Part shown: positions 19,999 through 29,186 of the stretch, piece by piece
Layout of the letters: each line of letters opens with the position of its first letter
How positions within the stretch are numbered: position 1 is the stretch's first letter
Source of the DNA: Dehalococcoidia bacterium
GTDB taxonomy: Bacteria > Chloroflexota > Dehalococcoidia > UBA6926
Direction of reading: 5' to 3'
DNA: 64,000 nt
Assembly: GCA_963666115.2 (NCBI GenBank)
Contig: CAXXET010000003.1
Location: 32,497 to 96,496 of the forward strand
Notes under the pieces: generated by a model
The model's input: the letters and a program-made list of their open reading frames with translations, nothing else
What the model was told of the DNA's origin: nothing
Databases searched by the model: none
Made by a program: the position numbers and the translations under genes

Positions 19999-20955
19999 CT
20001 ACAAAACCCATTGCGAGATAATCAGGAATGCAAGTGGAACGACGACAAAGCCCGTGACAAGCGCGCCTATAAACGGCACGGCATTTGATGTGCGGTCATT
20101 GAGGTCAGAGGGATCGTTTCGGTTCGGCCCAAGTGGAGTGGCATTCCGAAACGTCAGCCCATGGACCAACCACAGAATGAGAAGCAGGAATAGGTACAAT
20201 AGGATGACAAATACAACTTCTACGAGAGTTAGGCCTTCCAGCCTCTCGATCGTAAATATGTGGCCGATGTAAGAGAGCAGCAATAGCGCCCACAGGGCGT
20301 AGTACATCGACCAAAGGGCGCGGGCCGTCGAATAGGCCATCTGGCTCGGATCATGCGTCGCGAAACCCACAGTGCGCCGGAGAAGGCGATATGGCAGGAA
20401 ACCGGCGGAGATCAATACGAGCAGGACGAGCATGAAGATCGATAGCCCGAATCCGCTGTAGAACAGCAAGTTTTGTCGCACGTGAACCGCAACATCCAGC
20501 GTAGGAGTGCTTACGGGCCTTACAGGCTTCCTTGTCAGCGCAAGGAATCGCTCATCTACTACATCCGGATCGAACTCCAAGGGCACCTTCTTTTCGAGCT
20601 GCGCTTGGACAAGTCCATCACGTGTAGCGCGTGCATCAATGATAAGTTCGAACACGTTTGGAGACACTTCATCAAAGCTCCACCCTCGTTCACGAACGGT
20701 GTCCTCTGGATAAGTCCTCACCCAAGCCGACACCAGATCGTCGTCTCTCGGCGCACTAGTGTCGGTCGCTCCACACTCAATTGTGAATCGGTCTCCCGAA
20801 GCGGCCGTGTACGCGTCAGGACAAGAGAGCGATAGACTCCCGTCTTCCACGGTTCGCAGGCCTGACGGCCCATCACCCCACGGCCTAAACGTAAGGCCTA
20901 TTGCCGTTGACAGCAGCAGAACCACAGCGAGAATCGTCCAGCGATTGAGCAGCAT
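19999..20955 (-). CDS. Hypothetical membrane protein (N-terminal anchor, extracellular domain, about 4 C-terminal TM helices)
   Basis: Hydrophobic segments; TATACT-6nt-ATG leaderless-type start at 20955; composition differs from flanks. Confidence 0.6.
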   Translation of the reverse strand: MLLNRWTILAVVLLLSTAIGLTFRPWGDGPSGLRTVEDGSLSLSCPDAYTAASGDRFTIECGATDTSAPRDDDLVSAWVRTYPEDTVRERGWSFDEVSPNVFELIIDARATRDGLVQAQLEKKVPLEFDPDVVDERFLALTRKPVRPVSTPTLDVAVHVRQNLLFYSGFGLSIFMLVLLVLISAGFLPYRLLRRTVGFATHDPSQMAYSTARALWSMYYALWALLLLSYIGHIFTIERLEGLTLVEVVFVILLYLFLLLILWLVHGLTFRNATPLGPNRNDPSDLNDRTSNAVPFIGALVTGFVVVPLAFLIISQWVL

Positions 20956-20970
20956 AGGCACAGTATACAG

Positions 20971-21050
20971 CCCCCCCTCCGTCACTCCCGCCCCCTCCGT
21001 CATTCCCCCACTCCCCTCCCGTCATTCTGGCGAAGGCCAGAATCCATCGG
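20971..21050. repeat. REP cluster (CCCCTCCGTCA repeats plus GTCATTCTGGCGAAGGCCAGAATCC)
   Basis: Same family as 16825-17076. Confidence 0.8.
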
Positions 21051-21143
21051 GAATCCCTCTCCCTTTGAAACGCTTTCCCGTATGCGATATGCTTATGGAC
21101 GCCATAAGCAAACTAGATACGCTGAATCGGAAATCCTGCACCA

Positions 21144-21392
21144 ATGCAAGAAACGACCACAGAAACCCACCCCACCCCCCACTTCGCCGCCCAATGGGAC
21201 GCCGGCCAAACAGGCTGCGGCGAAGTCCTCATCCAACTCCGCCTCCGGTTCCGCCCCCTCCAGACCGGCCAGCTCTTCCGCCTCATCTCCCATGACATCG
21301 CCGCCCCCCTGGAAATCCCAGCCTGGTGCCGCGTCACGGGGCGGCGTCTGGTGCATGGAGAGCACCCCGAATACTGGATCGAACAGAAGTGA
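21144..21392 (+). CDS. TusA/SirA family sulfur-carrier protein
   Basis: WDAGQTGCG, SHDIAAPLEIPAWCRVTG; 82 aa. Confidence 0.8.
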   Translation: MQETTTETHPTPHFAAQWDAGQTGCGEVLIQLRLRFRPLQTGQLFRLISHDIAAPLEIPAWCRVTGRRLVHGEHPEYWIEQK

Positions 21393-21480
21393 CACTGACC
21401 CCTTTACTCTGAGCTTATCGAAAGGTCACCCTGAGCTTGTCGAAGGGCAAATGGGAAAAACGCATGGAGGTAGTTTAAAA

Positions 21481-21843
21481 ATGTCGAACAAAGTCTGCAT
21501 AAGCCTCACCCACGCCGGTGACGATCCCGACCGCACAACCGTCGCCTTCGTCCTCGCCAACGCCGCCCTCGGCTCCGAAAAGGACACCGTCGTCTTCCTC
21601 AGCACGGAGGGCGTCCGCGTCTCCCAGCAAGGCTACGCCGACGACATCAACGAAGAGGGATTCGCTCCCCTCGCCCAGCTCATGGCCAACTTCGCCGAGG
21701 GCGGCGGACGCATCCTCGTCTGCGCCCCCTGCTTCAACAAGCGCGGCCTCGACCTCGAAAACCTCGTGGACGGCGCAATCGTCGTCGGCGGCGCAACCCT
21801 CATCGAGTTCATCTCCGAAGGCGCCCCTGTCATCTCCTACTAG
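21481..21843 (+). CDS. DsrE family protein
   Basis: VFLSTEGVR, ILVCAPC..RGL, VGGA; GGAGG RBS before ATG 21481. Confidence 0.85.
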   Translation: MSNKVCISLTHAGDDPDRTTVAFVLANAALGSEKDTVVFLSTEGVRVSQQGYADDINEEGFAPLAQLMANFAEGGGRILVCAPCFNKRGLDLENLVDGAIVVGGATLIEFISEGAPVISY

Positions 21844-21873
21844 ACACAGCCGCCCCCTGCGCGTAAGGATTCG

Positions 21874-23460
21874 ATGACGATCATGGACGCGACGACACAG
21901 CACGCCCACACCCCGGACACCACGCTCGATGGCGGCAGCCTCGACTGCGGCGGCGGCCTCCTGTTGCTCATCCGCCGCGCCATCGACCCCCTCCCCCCCG
22001 GCGCCCTCCTCGAAATCCTCTCCACCGAGCCCACAGTAGAAGTCGAACTCCCAGCCTGGAGCCGCATGACAGGCAACCAACTAATCTCCTGGACAAAGAC
22101 AAACAACCAACGCAGCTTCCTCGTAAGCAAAGGCCCCCTCCGTCACCCCGCCCCCTTCCGTCATTCCGGCGAAGGCCGGAATCCATCCGGAACCCCCTCC
22201 GTCACCCCGCCCCCCTCCGTCACTCCGCCCCCCTCCGTCATTCCGGCGAAGGCCGGAATCCATCCGGACTCCCCCGCTCACCCTGAGCCTGTCGAAGGGC
22301 GCCCCCTCCCCTCCCTCGCCGTCATGGGCATCGGAAGCTGGCCCCGCCCCCCCTGGATGCTCCGCGCCATCCATGACCACGTCGAAAACCGCATGACCAA
22401 CGAAGAGTTCACCGAAACCGCCAACGATGCCGTCCGCCTAGCCATCCAGTCCCAGCGCCGCGCAGGCGTCGAAGTCCTCACCGACGGCGAACAGCGCCGC
22501 GACAACTACGTCAGCTTCGTCGGCGGCCTCCTGGACAACTCCCAGCTCATCCCCCTCACAGACCTCGCCGCCATGGTCGACGATTCCGAAGAGTTCGAGC
22601 GTGAGCTTGCCGCCCTTGACGTCCCCGCCTCCAGCGTCCGCCACCCCGTCGTCTATGGCCGCCTCCGGCGCGCCGCCCCCCTCGCCGTGCATGAGCTAGA
22701 ATTTGCCAGGCAGGTTGCCGACGGCCTGCCCGTCAAGATCGCCCTGCCCGGCCCCTATCTCCTCACCCGCACCATGTGGCTGGACTGCCTCCGCGAAAGC
22801 CCCTACACCACCCGCGAACAACTCGCCGAAGACGTCGTCCGTGTCCTCCGCGAAGAGACAAAGCATCTCCTCGCCGCCGGCGCCTCCATCGTCCAGTTTG
22901 ATGAGCCTGTCCTGACCGAGGTCGTCCACGGCTCCGCCCGCGCCCGCCGCAGCTTCATGTGCGGCGCCCTCAGCGAGCGCTACGACACCAAAACCGAACT
23001 CGCTTTCGCCCGCGAACTCCTCGACGAGGCAACGCGCGGCCTCCCACGCGAACGACTCGCCATGCACGTCTGCCGCGGCAACTGGACCGCCGACGAATCA
23101 GCCGCCCTCACCGGCGACTACGCCCCCCTCATCGACCTCCTGTCCGCCGTCGATGTCGGCACGCTGTTCCTCGAACTGAGCACCGAGCGCGCCGGCGAGA
23201 TCGACGTTCTCGCCAACCTCCCCGATGACAAGCGCATCGGCGTCGGCATCGTCAACCCCAAGTCCCCCCAGGTCGAAGACCCCGACCTGCTGGACGCCCG
23301 CATCCGCCGCGCCATCAACACCTTCGGCGCAGACCGCGTCCTCCTAACCCCGGACTGCGGCTTCGCCACCTTCGCAGACAACCCCGTCGCCTCCGCCCAA
23401 ATCGCCGAAGCCAAACTCCACGCCATCACCCAATCCCGCAACCGCGTAACCCCCGCATGA
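21874..23460 (+). CDS. TusA domain fused to a cobalamin-independent methionine synthase II (MetE C-terminal-like) domain
   Basis: LDGGSLDCG...ELPAWSRMTG; then IGSWPRP, TDGEQRR, VQFDEP, HVCRGN, LELS, PDCGF zinc ligands. Confidence 0.85.
   Translation: MTIMDATTQHAHTPDTTLDGGSLDCGGGLLLLIRRAIDPLPPGALLEILSTEPTVEVELPAWSRMTGNQLISWTKTNNQRSFLVSKGPLRHPAPFRHSGEGRNPSGTPSVTPPPSVTPPPSVIPAKAGIHPDSPAHPEPVEGRPLPSLAVMGIGSWPRPPWMLRAIHDHVENRMTNEEFTETANDAVRLAIQSQRRAGVEVLTDGEQRRDNYVSFVGGLLDNSQLIPLTDLAAMVDDSEEFERELAALDVPASSVRHPVVYGRLRRAAPLAVHELEFARQVADGLPVKIALPGPYLLTRTMWLDCLRESPYTTREQLAEDVVRVLREETKHLLAAGASIVQFDEPVLTEVVHGSARARRSFMCGALSERYDTKTELAFARELLDEATRGLPRERLAMHVCRGNWTADESAALTGDYAPLIDLLSAVDVGTLFLELSTERAGEIDVLANLPDDKRIGVGIVNPKSPQVEDPDLLDARIRRAINTFGADRVLLTPDCGFATFADNPVASAQIAEAKLHAITQSRNRVTPA
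22137..22305. repeat. REP cluster inserted in frame in the TusA-MetE linker
   Basis: Two GTCATTCCGGCGAAGGCCGGAATCC units and one CTCACCCTGAGCCTGTCGAAGGG inside an open ORF. Confidence 0.85.
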
Positions 23461-24872
23461 CCTACATACCGTACTCCCCCCCCCGCCCCCGCAACCTCCC
23501 CCTCTCCATCTATATCCACGTCCCCTTCTGCCGCTTCAAGTGCTTCTACTGCGACTTCAACACCTACGCCGGCATCGAAAAACTCATCCCGGACTACGTC
23601 GCCGCACTCACCATTGAAATCCGCCGCTGGCAGAACGCCCTCGAACGCGCCGGCATCCGGCCCCGCATCGAGACAATCTTCTTCGGCGGCGGCACACCCT
23701 CCCTCCTCCCCCCCGCCCAACTCGAAAAAATACTCCGTGCCTTCGTCTCCACCCTGAACTTCCGCCGAGACATCGAAATCTCCATGGAAGTCAACCCGGA
23801 AAGCGTCACCCCCGGCTTCGCCCGTGACGTCATGTCCCTCGGCGTCAACCGCTTCAGCATGGGCGCGCAGAGCTTCAACCCCGCGGAACTCCGCATGCTC
23901 GGACGCCTCCACGACGAAACAGGCGTCGAACGCGCCATGAACGCCCTCCGCGCCGCCGGCGCCCGCAACGTCAACCTCGACCTCATGTACGGCCTGCCCC
24001 GCCAGACCCTCAAAACGTGGGAATCCAGCCTGTCCAGCGCCTTGGCCCTTAGGCCGGACCACCTCTCCCTCTACGCCCTCACCGTCGAAGAATCGACCCC
24101 CTTCCACGGCTGGGTAGAGTCGGGCCGCCTCCCCTCCCCCGATCCCGATCTCGCCGCCGACATGTACGAACTCGCCGAAAGCCGCCTAGCGCAAACCCGC
24201 CTGGAGCAGTACGAAATCTCCAACTGGGCAAGGCTCGGGCAGCAATGTCGCCACAACCTCGCCTACTGGCTCAACGCGCCCTTCCTCGGATACGGCCCCG
24301 GCGCCCATTCCCACATGTTCGGCGCCCGCTTCTCAATCATCCGCCAGCCCCGCGCATACATCGACCGCATGGTTGAACTCGTAAAGCAGCCCCTCCCGGA
24401 ATCCCCCCCGCTGCCCTCCCTGGCCCACGTCGCCGAAATCGACCAAAATGCCCCCTTCAACGAAATGGACGCCCTCGGCCAAACCCCCTCCATCTACTAC
24501 GAAGCCGCCCTACGCCAAATCGCCCCCATAGACGCCATCGACCCCTACACCGGCTCGATGCGCCAGGCCGAAACCCTCGTCCTCGGCCTGCGCCTAAACC
24601 GCGGCGTCAACGAACAGGACTACGCAAAACGATTCGGCGCGACGCCCACAGAACTCTTCGGCCCTGCAATCGAACAATCCATCGCCGACGGCCTCCTCGA
24701 ACGAATCGACCCCAGGCCCACCGGTTACGCCTTCCGCCCGGCCGATCCCGACACCCCCCGAGGCCGCGAAAACGCCGCCCGCGGCAAACGCGATGCCCTC
24801 ACCCTACGCCTAACCCCAAGAGGCCGCCTCCTCTCCAACGAAGTCTTCCTCCGCATAATGACCACCCCCTAA
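23457..24872 (+). CDS. hemW: Radical SAM heme chaperone HemW
   Basis: IYIHVPFCRFKCFYCDFN, FFGGGTPS, DLMYGLP, YEISNW, CRHNLAYW. Confidence 0.93.
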   Translation: MTYIPYSPPRPRNLPLSIYIHVPFCRFKCFYCDFNTYAGIEKLIPDYVAALTIEIRRWQNALERAGIRPRIETIFFGGGTPSLLPPAQLEKILRAFVSTLNFRRDIEISMEVNPESVTPGFARDVMSLGVNRFSMGAQSFNPAELRMLGRLHDETGVERAMNALRAAGARNVNLDLMYGLPRQTLKTWESSLSSALALRPDHLSLYALTVEESTPFHGWVESGRLPSPDPDLAADMYELAESRLAQTRLEQYEISNWARLGQQCRHNLAYWLNAPFLGYGPGAHSHMFGARFSIIRQPRAYIDRMVELVKQPLPESPPLPSLAHVAEIDQNAPFNEMDALGQTPSIYYEAALRQIAPIDAIDPYTGSMRQAETLVLGLRLNRGVNEQDYAKRFGATPTELFGPAIEQSIADGLLERIDPRPTGYAFRPADPDTPRGRENAARGKRDALTLRLTPRGRLLSNEVFLRIMTTP

Positions 24873-25135
24873 CCCCCTCCGTCATTCCGGCGAAGGCCGG
24901 AATCCACCCCCCACCCCCTCCGTCATTCCGGCTTCCCCCTCCGTCATTCCGCCCCCCTCCGTCATTCCAGCTTCCCCCTCTGTCATTCCAGCTTCCCCCT
25001 CCGTCATTCCGGCGAAGGCCGGAATCCATCGCCCATGTCATTCTGAGCGCAGCGAAGAATCCAAAGCCTCAATTGTGCAGCCCCCGTTCACCCTGAGCCC
25101 CCTCCCCGCTCACCCTGAGCCCCGTCGAAGGCCCC
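24873..25135. repeat. Large REP cluster with tandem partial CCCCTCCGTCATTCC units
   Basis: About 6 GTCATTCC units plus GTCATTCTGAGCGCAGCGAAGAATCC and TCACCCTGAG types. Confidence 0.85.
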
Positions 25136-25141
25136 CCCCAA

Positions 25142-25257
25142 TAGCCATCCCGCCCCCGCCCCCCTATACTGCCAACACACGTCCACACGCAGCAGGAACC
25201 CATATGCACGTCATCGGCGCCGCAGGACACATCGACCACGGCAAATCCACCCTCATC
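25142..25257 (+). pseudogene. selB 5' fragment copy A (promoter, 27-nt leader, 18 codons)
   Basis: TAGCCA-17-TATACT; ATG 25204 gives MHVIGAAGHIDHGKSTLI and then diverges. Confidence 0.88.
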
Positions 25258-25330
25258 TCCACCCCCCACCCCCGTCATTCCCACCAACCGCGTACAATGG
25301 TGTTGACAGCAAACCATCGTGAGGTCAGCC

Positions 25331-25573
25331 ATGAAAGTATCGAAGCGCGGCCAGGTGAACATAGACAGTACCGCAAATCATCAGGCGCGCCACGCATCGG
25401 ATGAGCCGCGTGAGGAACTCACTGCCCGCTCCCGCAAAATGATGCAAATCATGGAAGAGCGGAAAAAGGCCGGACTCACGGGCGTCGATGTTGTCGCGGG
25501 CATCCTCGGCAAGAACGCGCTGGGAGAAGGTGTCAGCGTCGATGACTACATCGAGGAGATCCGCCGCAGATGA
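25331..25573 (+). CDS. AbrB/MazE-like antitoxin (divergent)
   Basis: MKVSKRGQV N-terminus, SVDDYIEEIR C-terminus; ATGA overlap with a PIN fragment. Confidence 0.6.
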   Translation: MKVSKRGQVNIDSTANHQARHASDEPREELTARSRKMMQIMEERKKAGLTGVDVVAGILGKNALGEGVSVDDYIEEIRRR

Positions 25574-25641
25574 TAACGGCGGTGGATACCAACGTCTTCT
25601 TGGACGTGCTCATCCCCGAACTGCAAGGCCTCCCCCAATAG
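25570..25641 (+). pseudogene. Truncated PIN toxin
   Basis: MITAVDTNVFLDVL (PIN N-terminus) cut off where selB copy B begins. Confidence 0.75.
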
Positions 25642-25755
25642 CCATCCCCACCCCCACCCCCCTATACTGCCAACACACCCCCAAACGCAGCAGGAACCCA
25701 TATGCACGTCATCGGCACCGCCGGGCACGTCGACCACGGCAAACCCACCCTCATC
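25639..25755 (+). pseudogene. selB 5' fragment copy B (promoter, 27-nt leader, 18 codons)
   Basis: TAGCCA..TATACT; ATG 25702 gives MHVIGTAGHVDHGKPTLI and diverges at the same point as copy A. Confidence 0.88.
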
Positions 25756-25898
25756 CCCCGCCCCCCCATCCGTATCCCCCGCGAAGGCGGGGGTAGCCCA
25801 CCCCAACCTCCGTTTTTCCCGCGAAAGCGGGAATCCAGCAGGCGCGGGCCTGTTACCAGTTAAGGGTGGGATGCCGTAGCGCGTCTCGGTAGCAGCTT

Positions 25899-26342
25899 GT
25901 GAACAAAACAGTCAAGAGGGTGCTGATTTTGCTGGGCGTGGGAGCCCCTGTGATAGCACTGGGTATCGTGTTGAGCAACGTCCCCGTAGATTACCAGCCT
26001 TCGCCGGATACTCCTTCGTGTGATGAACGTTGGACGGTGAAAGGCACCGGGAGCATGGAGCCGGTATTGACAGGAGGGGATGAGGTGTGTTTAGACACGA
26101 ACATCACTCCCGAGGACCTTCATCGCTGTGACATAATTGTCTTCAGAGCGCCCAGTAAGTATATCGCGCACCGCATCGTCGCGAAAGAGAATAGAGAGGG
26201 TAAGTGGCGCTATTGGACACGCGGCGATTTCCAGCCGACTGACCCTTCCCCCGTGCCGTTCGTGAACGTGCAAGGTAAGGTTGTCAACGCGCACAGAGAT
26301 GAAGGGTCGAAGGCGCGAAGCCTGTGCGAACAAACCGGGTAG
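25899..26342 (+). CDS. Signal peptidase I family (S26, His-type)
   Basis: N-terminal TM, GTGSMEP, DIIVF, IAHRIV, TRGD. Confidence 0.78.
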   Translation: MNKTVKRVLILLGVGAPVIALGIVLSNVPVDYQPSPDTPSCDERWTVKGTGSMEPVLTGGDEVCLDTNITPEDLHRCDIIVFRAPSKYIAHRIVAKENREGKWRYWTRGDFQPTDPSPVPFVNVQGKVVNAHRDEGSKARSLCEQTG

Positions 26343-26567
26343 TTGTCAGGAAGAAGCCAGGCCAACGCTAGGCTAGGTCTAGCTTGCGTTGACGCACTCT
26401 TGAGCCGACGGTCGCTCTGCATCGCGTTCGTGGCGTTGGCAGCGTCCGAGCGTGCGAGCCCCCACCGCTCGCCCGCCAGAGACTTCTGCGCGTCAAGCAT
26501 CCGCTCCAAAACTACGTCGAGGGCGACATGGCTGCATTCCGGGCATACAATGGGCGGGAGGCGAGCA

Positions 26568-27239
26568 ATGGCACTCGATATCCACAAGCTGATGCAAGGA
26601 TTGGCCAGCCAACGCCCGCTCTTTCATTCGGAGGCGGACTTCCAGCACGCCCTCGCGTGGCACATTCGGGAGGCCCACTCCGAAAGCGCGCCCCGACTCG
26701 AATATCCCGTCCCCCCTGAGACCACTGCGGACGACGGGAGAAACAAAAGTCCCATCTATCTCGACATCTGGCTCCCCGGGTATCAGACTGCAATCGAGCT
26801 GAAATACCGCACGCGCAAGCCGGACCCGAATCAGGATTCCCTGGACTATCAGGGAGAGATATTTCGCCTGAAGAGCCAGGGTGCGCAGGACATTGCCCGC
26901 TACGACTTCCTACGGGACATACACCGCCTGGAGCGTATCGCGCGCCATCAAAACACCCCAGCCAAGGTCGGGTACGCAGTTTTCCTGACCAACGAAAAAC
27001 TCTACTGGGAGCCCCCAGGTAATGTCGGAACCATCGACGCCGACCTTCGCATACACCAAAGCCAGAAGTTGAAGGGAACGGTCGCTTGGGCGGAAGGCGC
27101 CAGCGATGGAACAAAGAAAGGCAGAGAAAAGCCGATCCCGCTCAAGGGACCCTACCAACTGGACTGGCGTCACTACTCGGATGTAGAAGGCACATACGGC
27201 AAGTTTTGGTATCTAGCCGTCGAAATCAGACCAACCTAG
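26568..27239 (+). CDS. Putative PD-(D/E)xK nuclease-fold protein
   Basis: FHSEADFQH, YLDIW, AIELKY; GGAGG RBS. Confidence 0.6.
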   Translation: MALDIHKLMQGLASQRPLFHSEADFQHALAWHIREAHSESAPRLEYPVPPETTADDGRNKSPIYLDIWLPGYQTAIELKYRTRKPDPNQDSLDYQGEIFRLKSQGAQDIARYDFLRDIHRLERIARHQNTPAKVGYAVFLTNEKLYWEPPGNVGTIDADLRIHQSQKLKGTVAWAEGASDGTKKGREKPIPLKGPYQLDWRHYSDVEGTYGKFWYLAVEIRPT

Positions 27240-27290
27240 CCCTGCTTGCCTCCCCGCTCACCCTGAGCCCCGTCGAAGGGCGCCCCCCAA

Positions 27291-27325
27291 TAGCCATCCC
27301 CTCCCCCGCCCTCTATACTGCCAAC
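27291..27325 (+). promoter_or_regulatory. selB promoter (leaderless)
   Basis: TAGCCA-17bp-TATACT-gccaac-ATG. Confidence 0.7.
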
Positions 27326-29179
27326 ATGCACGTCATCGGCACCGCAGGACACGTCGACCACGGCAAATCCACCCTCATCCACGCCCTCACCAGCATCGAT
27401 CCCGACCGCCTCCGTGAGGAAAAGGAGCGCGGCATGACCATCGATCTCGGCTTCGCGTGGCTCCGACTCCCCTCCGGCGAAGAGATCGGCATCGTCGATG
27501 TCCCCGGCCACGAGCGCTTCATCAAGAACATGCTCGCCGGCGTCGGCGGCATCGACCTTGCCCTCCTGGTAATCGCCGCCGATGAGGGCGTCATGCCCCA
27601 AACCCGCGAACACCTGGACATCCTTGACCTCCTCCGCGTCGAGCGCGGCATCGCCGTCGTCACCAAGTCCGATCTCGTCGAACCCGACTTCCTCGAACTC
27701 GTCCGCGAAGAGGTCACCGAGACTCTTGCCGCCACCACTCTCGCAGGCGCCCCCGTCGTCACCGTCTCATCCCAGACCGGCGACGGCCTCCCCGAACTCA
27801 TTGCCCTGTTGGACTCGCAGCTACAGGAAACCCCGCAGCGCCCCGACCGTGGCCGCCCCCGCCTCCCCATCGACCGCGCATTCGCCATCTCCGGCTTCGG
27901 CACCGTCGTCACCGGCACCCTCATCGACGGGTCGATCAACGTCGGCGCGGAACTCGAAATCGTCCCCGGCCGCAAACACGTCCGCGTCCGCGGCCTCCAA
28001 TCCCACAAGCAGGCCGAAACCACCGCCGAGCGAGGCTCCCGCACCGCCGTCAACCTGACAGGCGTGGACGTCGATGAAGTCGCTCGCGGCCAGGTTCTCA
28101 CCACGCGCGGCTGGCTGCGAACGACAACCGCCGCCGATGGCCATATCCGCATGGCCGCCAACGCCCCCGGCCCACTCCGCCACAACATGACCGTCACCGT
28201 CCACTGGCTCGCCGCCGAATCCCTTGCCCGCGTCCGCCTGCTCGATGCCGACCGTCTCCACCCCGGCGGCTCCGGCTGGGTGCAGATCGTCCTCGAAACT
28301 CCCCTGCCCCTCATCAAGGGCGATTCCTTCATCCTCCGCTCCAACGTCGGCACCCTCGGCGGCGGCGAGATCATCGAAACCGACGCCCGCAGACACAAGC
28401 GCAACGACGCCAAACTCATCGCCCGCCTTGAGGCCCTCAGCGCCCCCGACCCCTCCGAGGTCATCCTCCGAACACTGGACTCCGCCGGCCCCCTCAACCT
28501 CGCCGAACTCGCCCGCCGCTCCGCCCTCTCCGAGGACGACGCCCGCGCCCACGTCGCCCGGCTGGCAGACGAAAGCCTCCTCGTGCAAGTCGGCGATGGC
28601 GCAAACCGCCTCCTCTACTCCCTCGACGGCTGGAGCGCCGTCAAGGCCGCCGCCGCCAAGCAGCTGGCCGCCTACCACACGTCCTTCCCCCTCCGGCGCG
28701 GCGCGTCGCGCGAGGAGCTCCGCAGCCGCCTCCGCGCCCAGCCCGAAAACTTCCCCGAAATCCTTGCCCTCATGCAGGCCGCCGGCGTCCTGGTCGATGA
28801 GGGCGCAACCGTCCGCCTCCCGGACCACGTACCCGCCCTTACAGCCCCCCAAAAGGCCCTTACGGACGCTTTTAAGAGGTTACTTCGTGAAAAACGTCAC
28901 CGCCCTCCAACAGGGGGGTCCATCGACCCTGAGCTATTGGGCTTCTTGACAGATTCGGGGGAGGTAGTCCAAATCGGGGACGGAATCGTGTACGACGCCG
29001 AGGTCTACCAAAACATCACAAACCAGGTCGTCGCCCACATACAAAAACACGGCAAAATAACTGTCTCCGAGACCCGCGATTTGCTAAACAGCAGTAGGAA
29101 ATATGTGCTGCCCCTACTCCAGAGCATGGACGCCCGACACCTAACTCGCCGTATTGGAGACGACCGCGTCCTGGCGTAG
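27326..29179 (+). CDS. selB: Selenocysteine-specific elongation factor
   Basis: GTAGHVDHGKS, EKERGMTIDLGFA, DVPGHERFIKNM, C-terminal SRKYVLPLL..RIGDDR; 617 aa. Confidence 0.96.
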   Translation: MHVIGTAGHVDHGKSTLIHALTSIDPDRLREEKERGMTIDLGFAWLRLPSGEEIGIVDVPGHERFIKNMLAGVGGIDLALLVIAADEGVMPQTREHLDILDLLRVERGIAVVTKSDLVEPDFLELVREEVTETLAATTLAGAPVVTVSSQTGDGLPELIALLDSQLQETPQRPDRGRPRLPIDRAFAISGFGTVVTGTLIDGSINVGAELEIVPGRKHVRVRGLQSHKQAETTAERGSRTAVNLTGVDVDEVARGQVLTTRGWLRTTTAADGHIRMAANAPGPLRHNMTVTVHWLAAESLARVRLLDADRLHPGGSGWVQIVLETPLPLIKGDSFILRSNVGTLGGGEIIETDARRHKRNDAKLIARLEALSAPDPSEVILRTLDSAGPLNLAELARRSALSEDDARAHVARLADESLLVQVGDGANRLLYSLDGWSAVKAAAAKQLAAYHTSFPLRRGASREELRSRLRAQPENFPEILALMQAAGVLVDEGATVRLPDHVPALTAPQKALTDAFKRLLREKRHRPPTGGSIDPELLGFLTDSGEVVQIGDGIVYDAEVYQNITNQVVAHIQKHGKITVSETRDLLNSSRKYVLPLLQSMDARHLTRRIGDDRVLA

Positions 29180-29186
29180 GGAGCAT

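Noticed and set aside
21082-21480. N-terminal extension of the 253-aa DsrE ORF
   Set aside because: Overlaps the TusA gene and a REP; a good RBS supports ATG 21481
24873-25065. Possible CRISPR array
   Set aside because: Units are variable-length REP fragments with no unique spacers, and no cas genes are present
27086-27325. N-terminal extension of SelB
   Set aside because: Runs through the upstream gene and a REP; SelB homology begins at MHVIG (27326)
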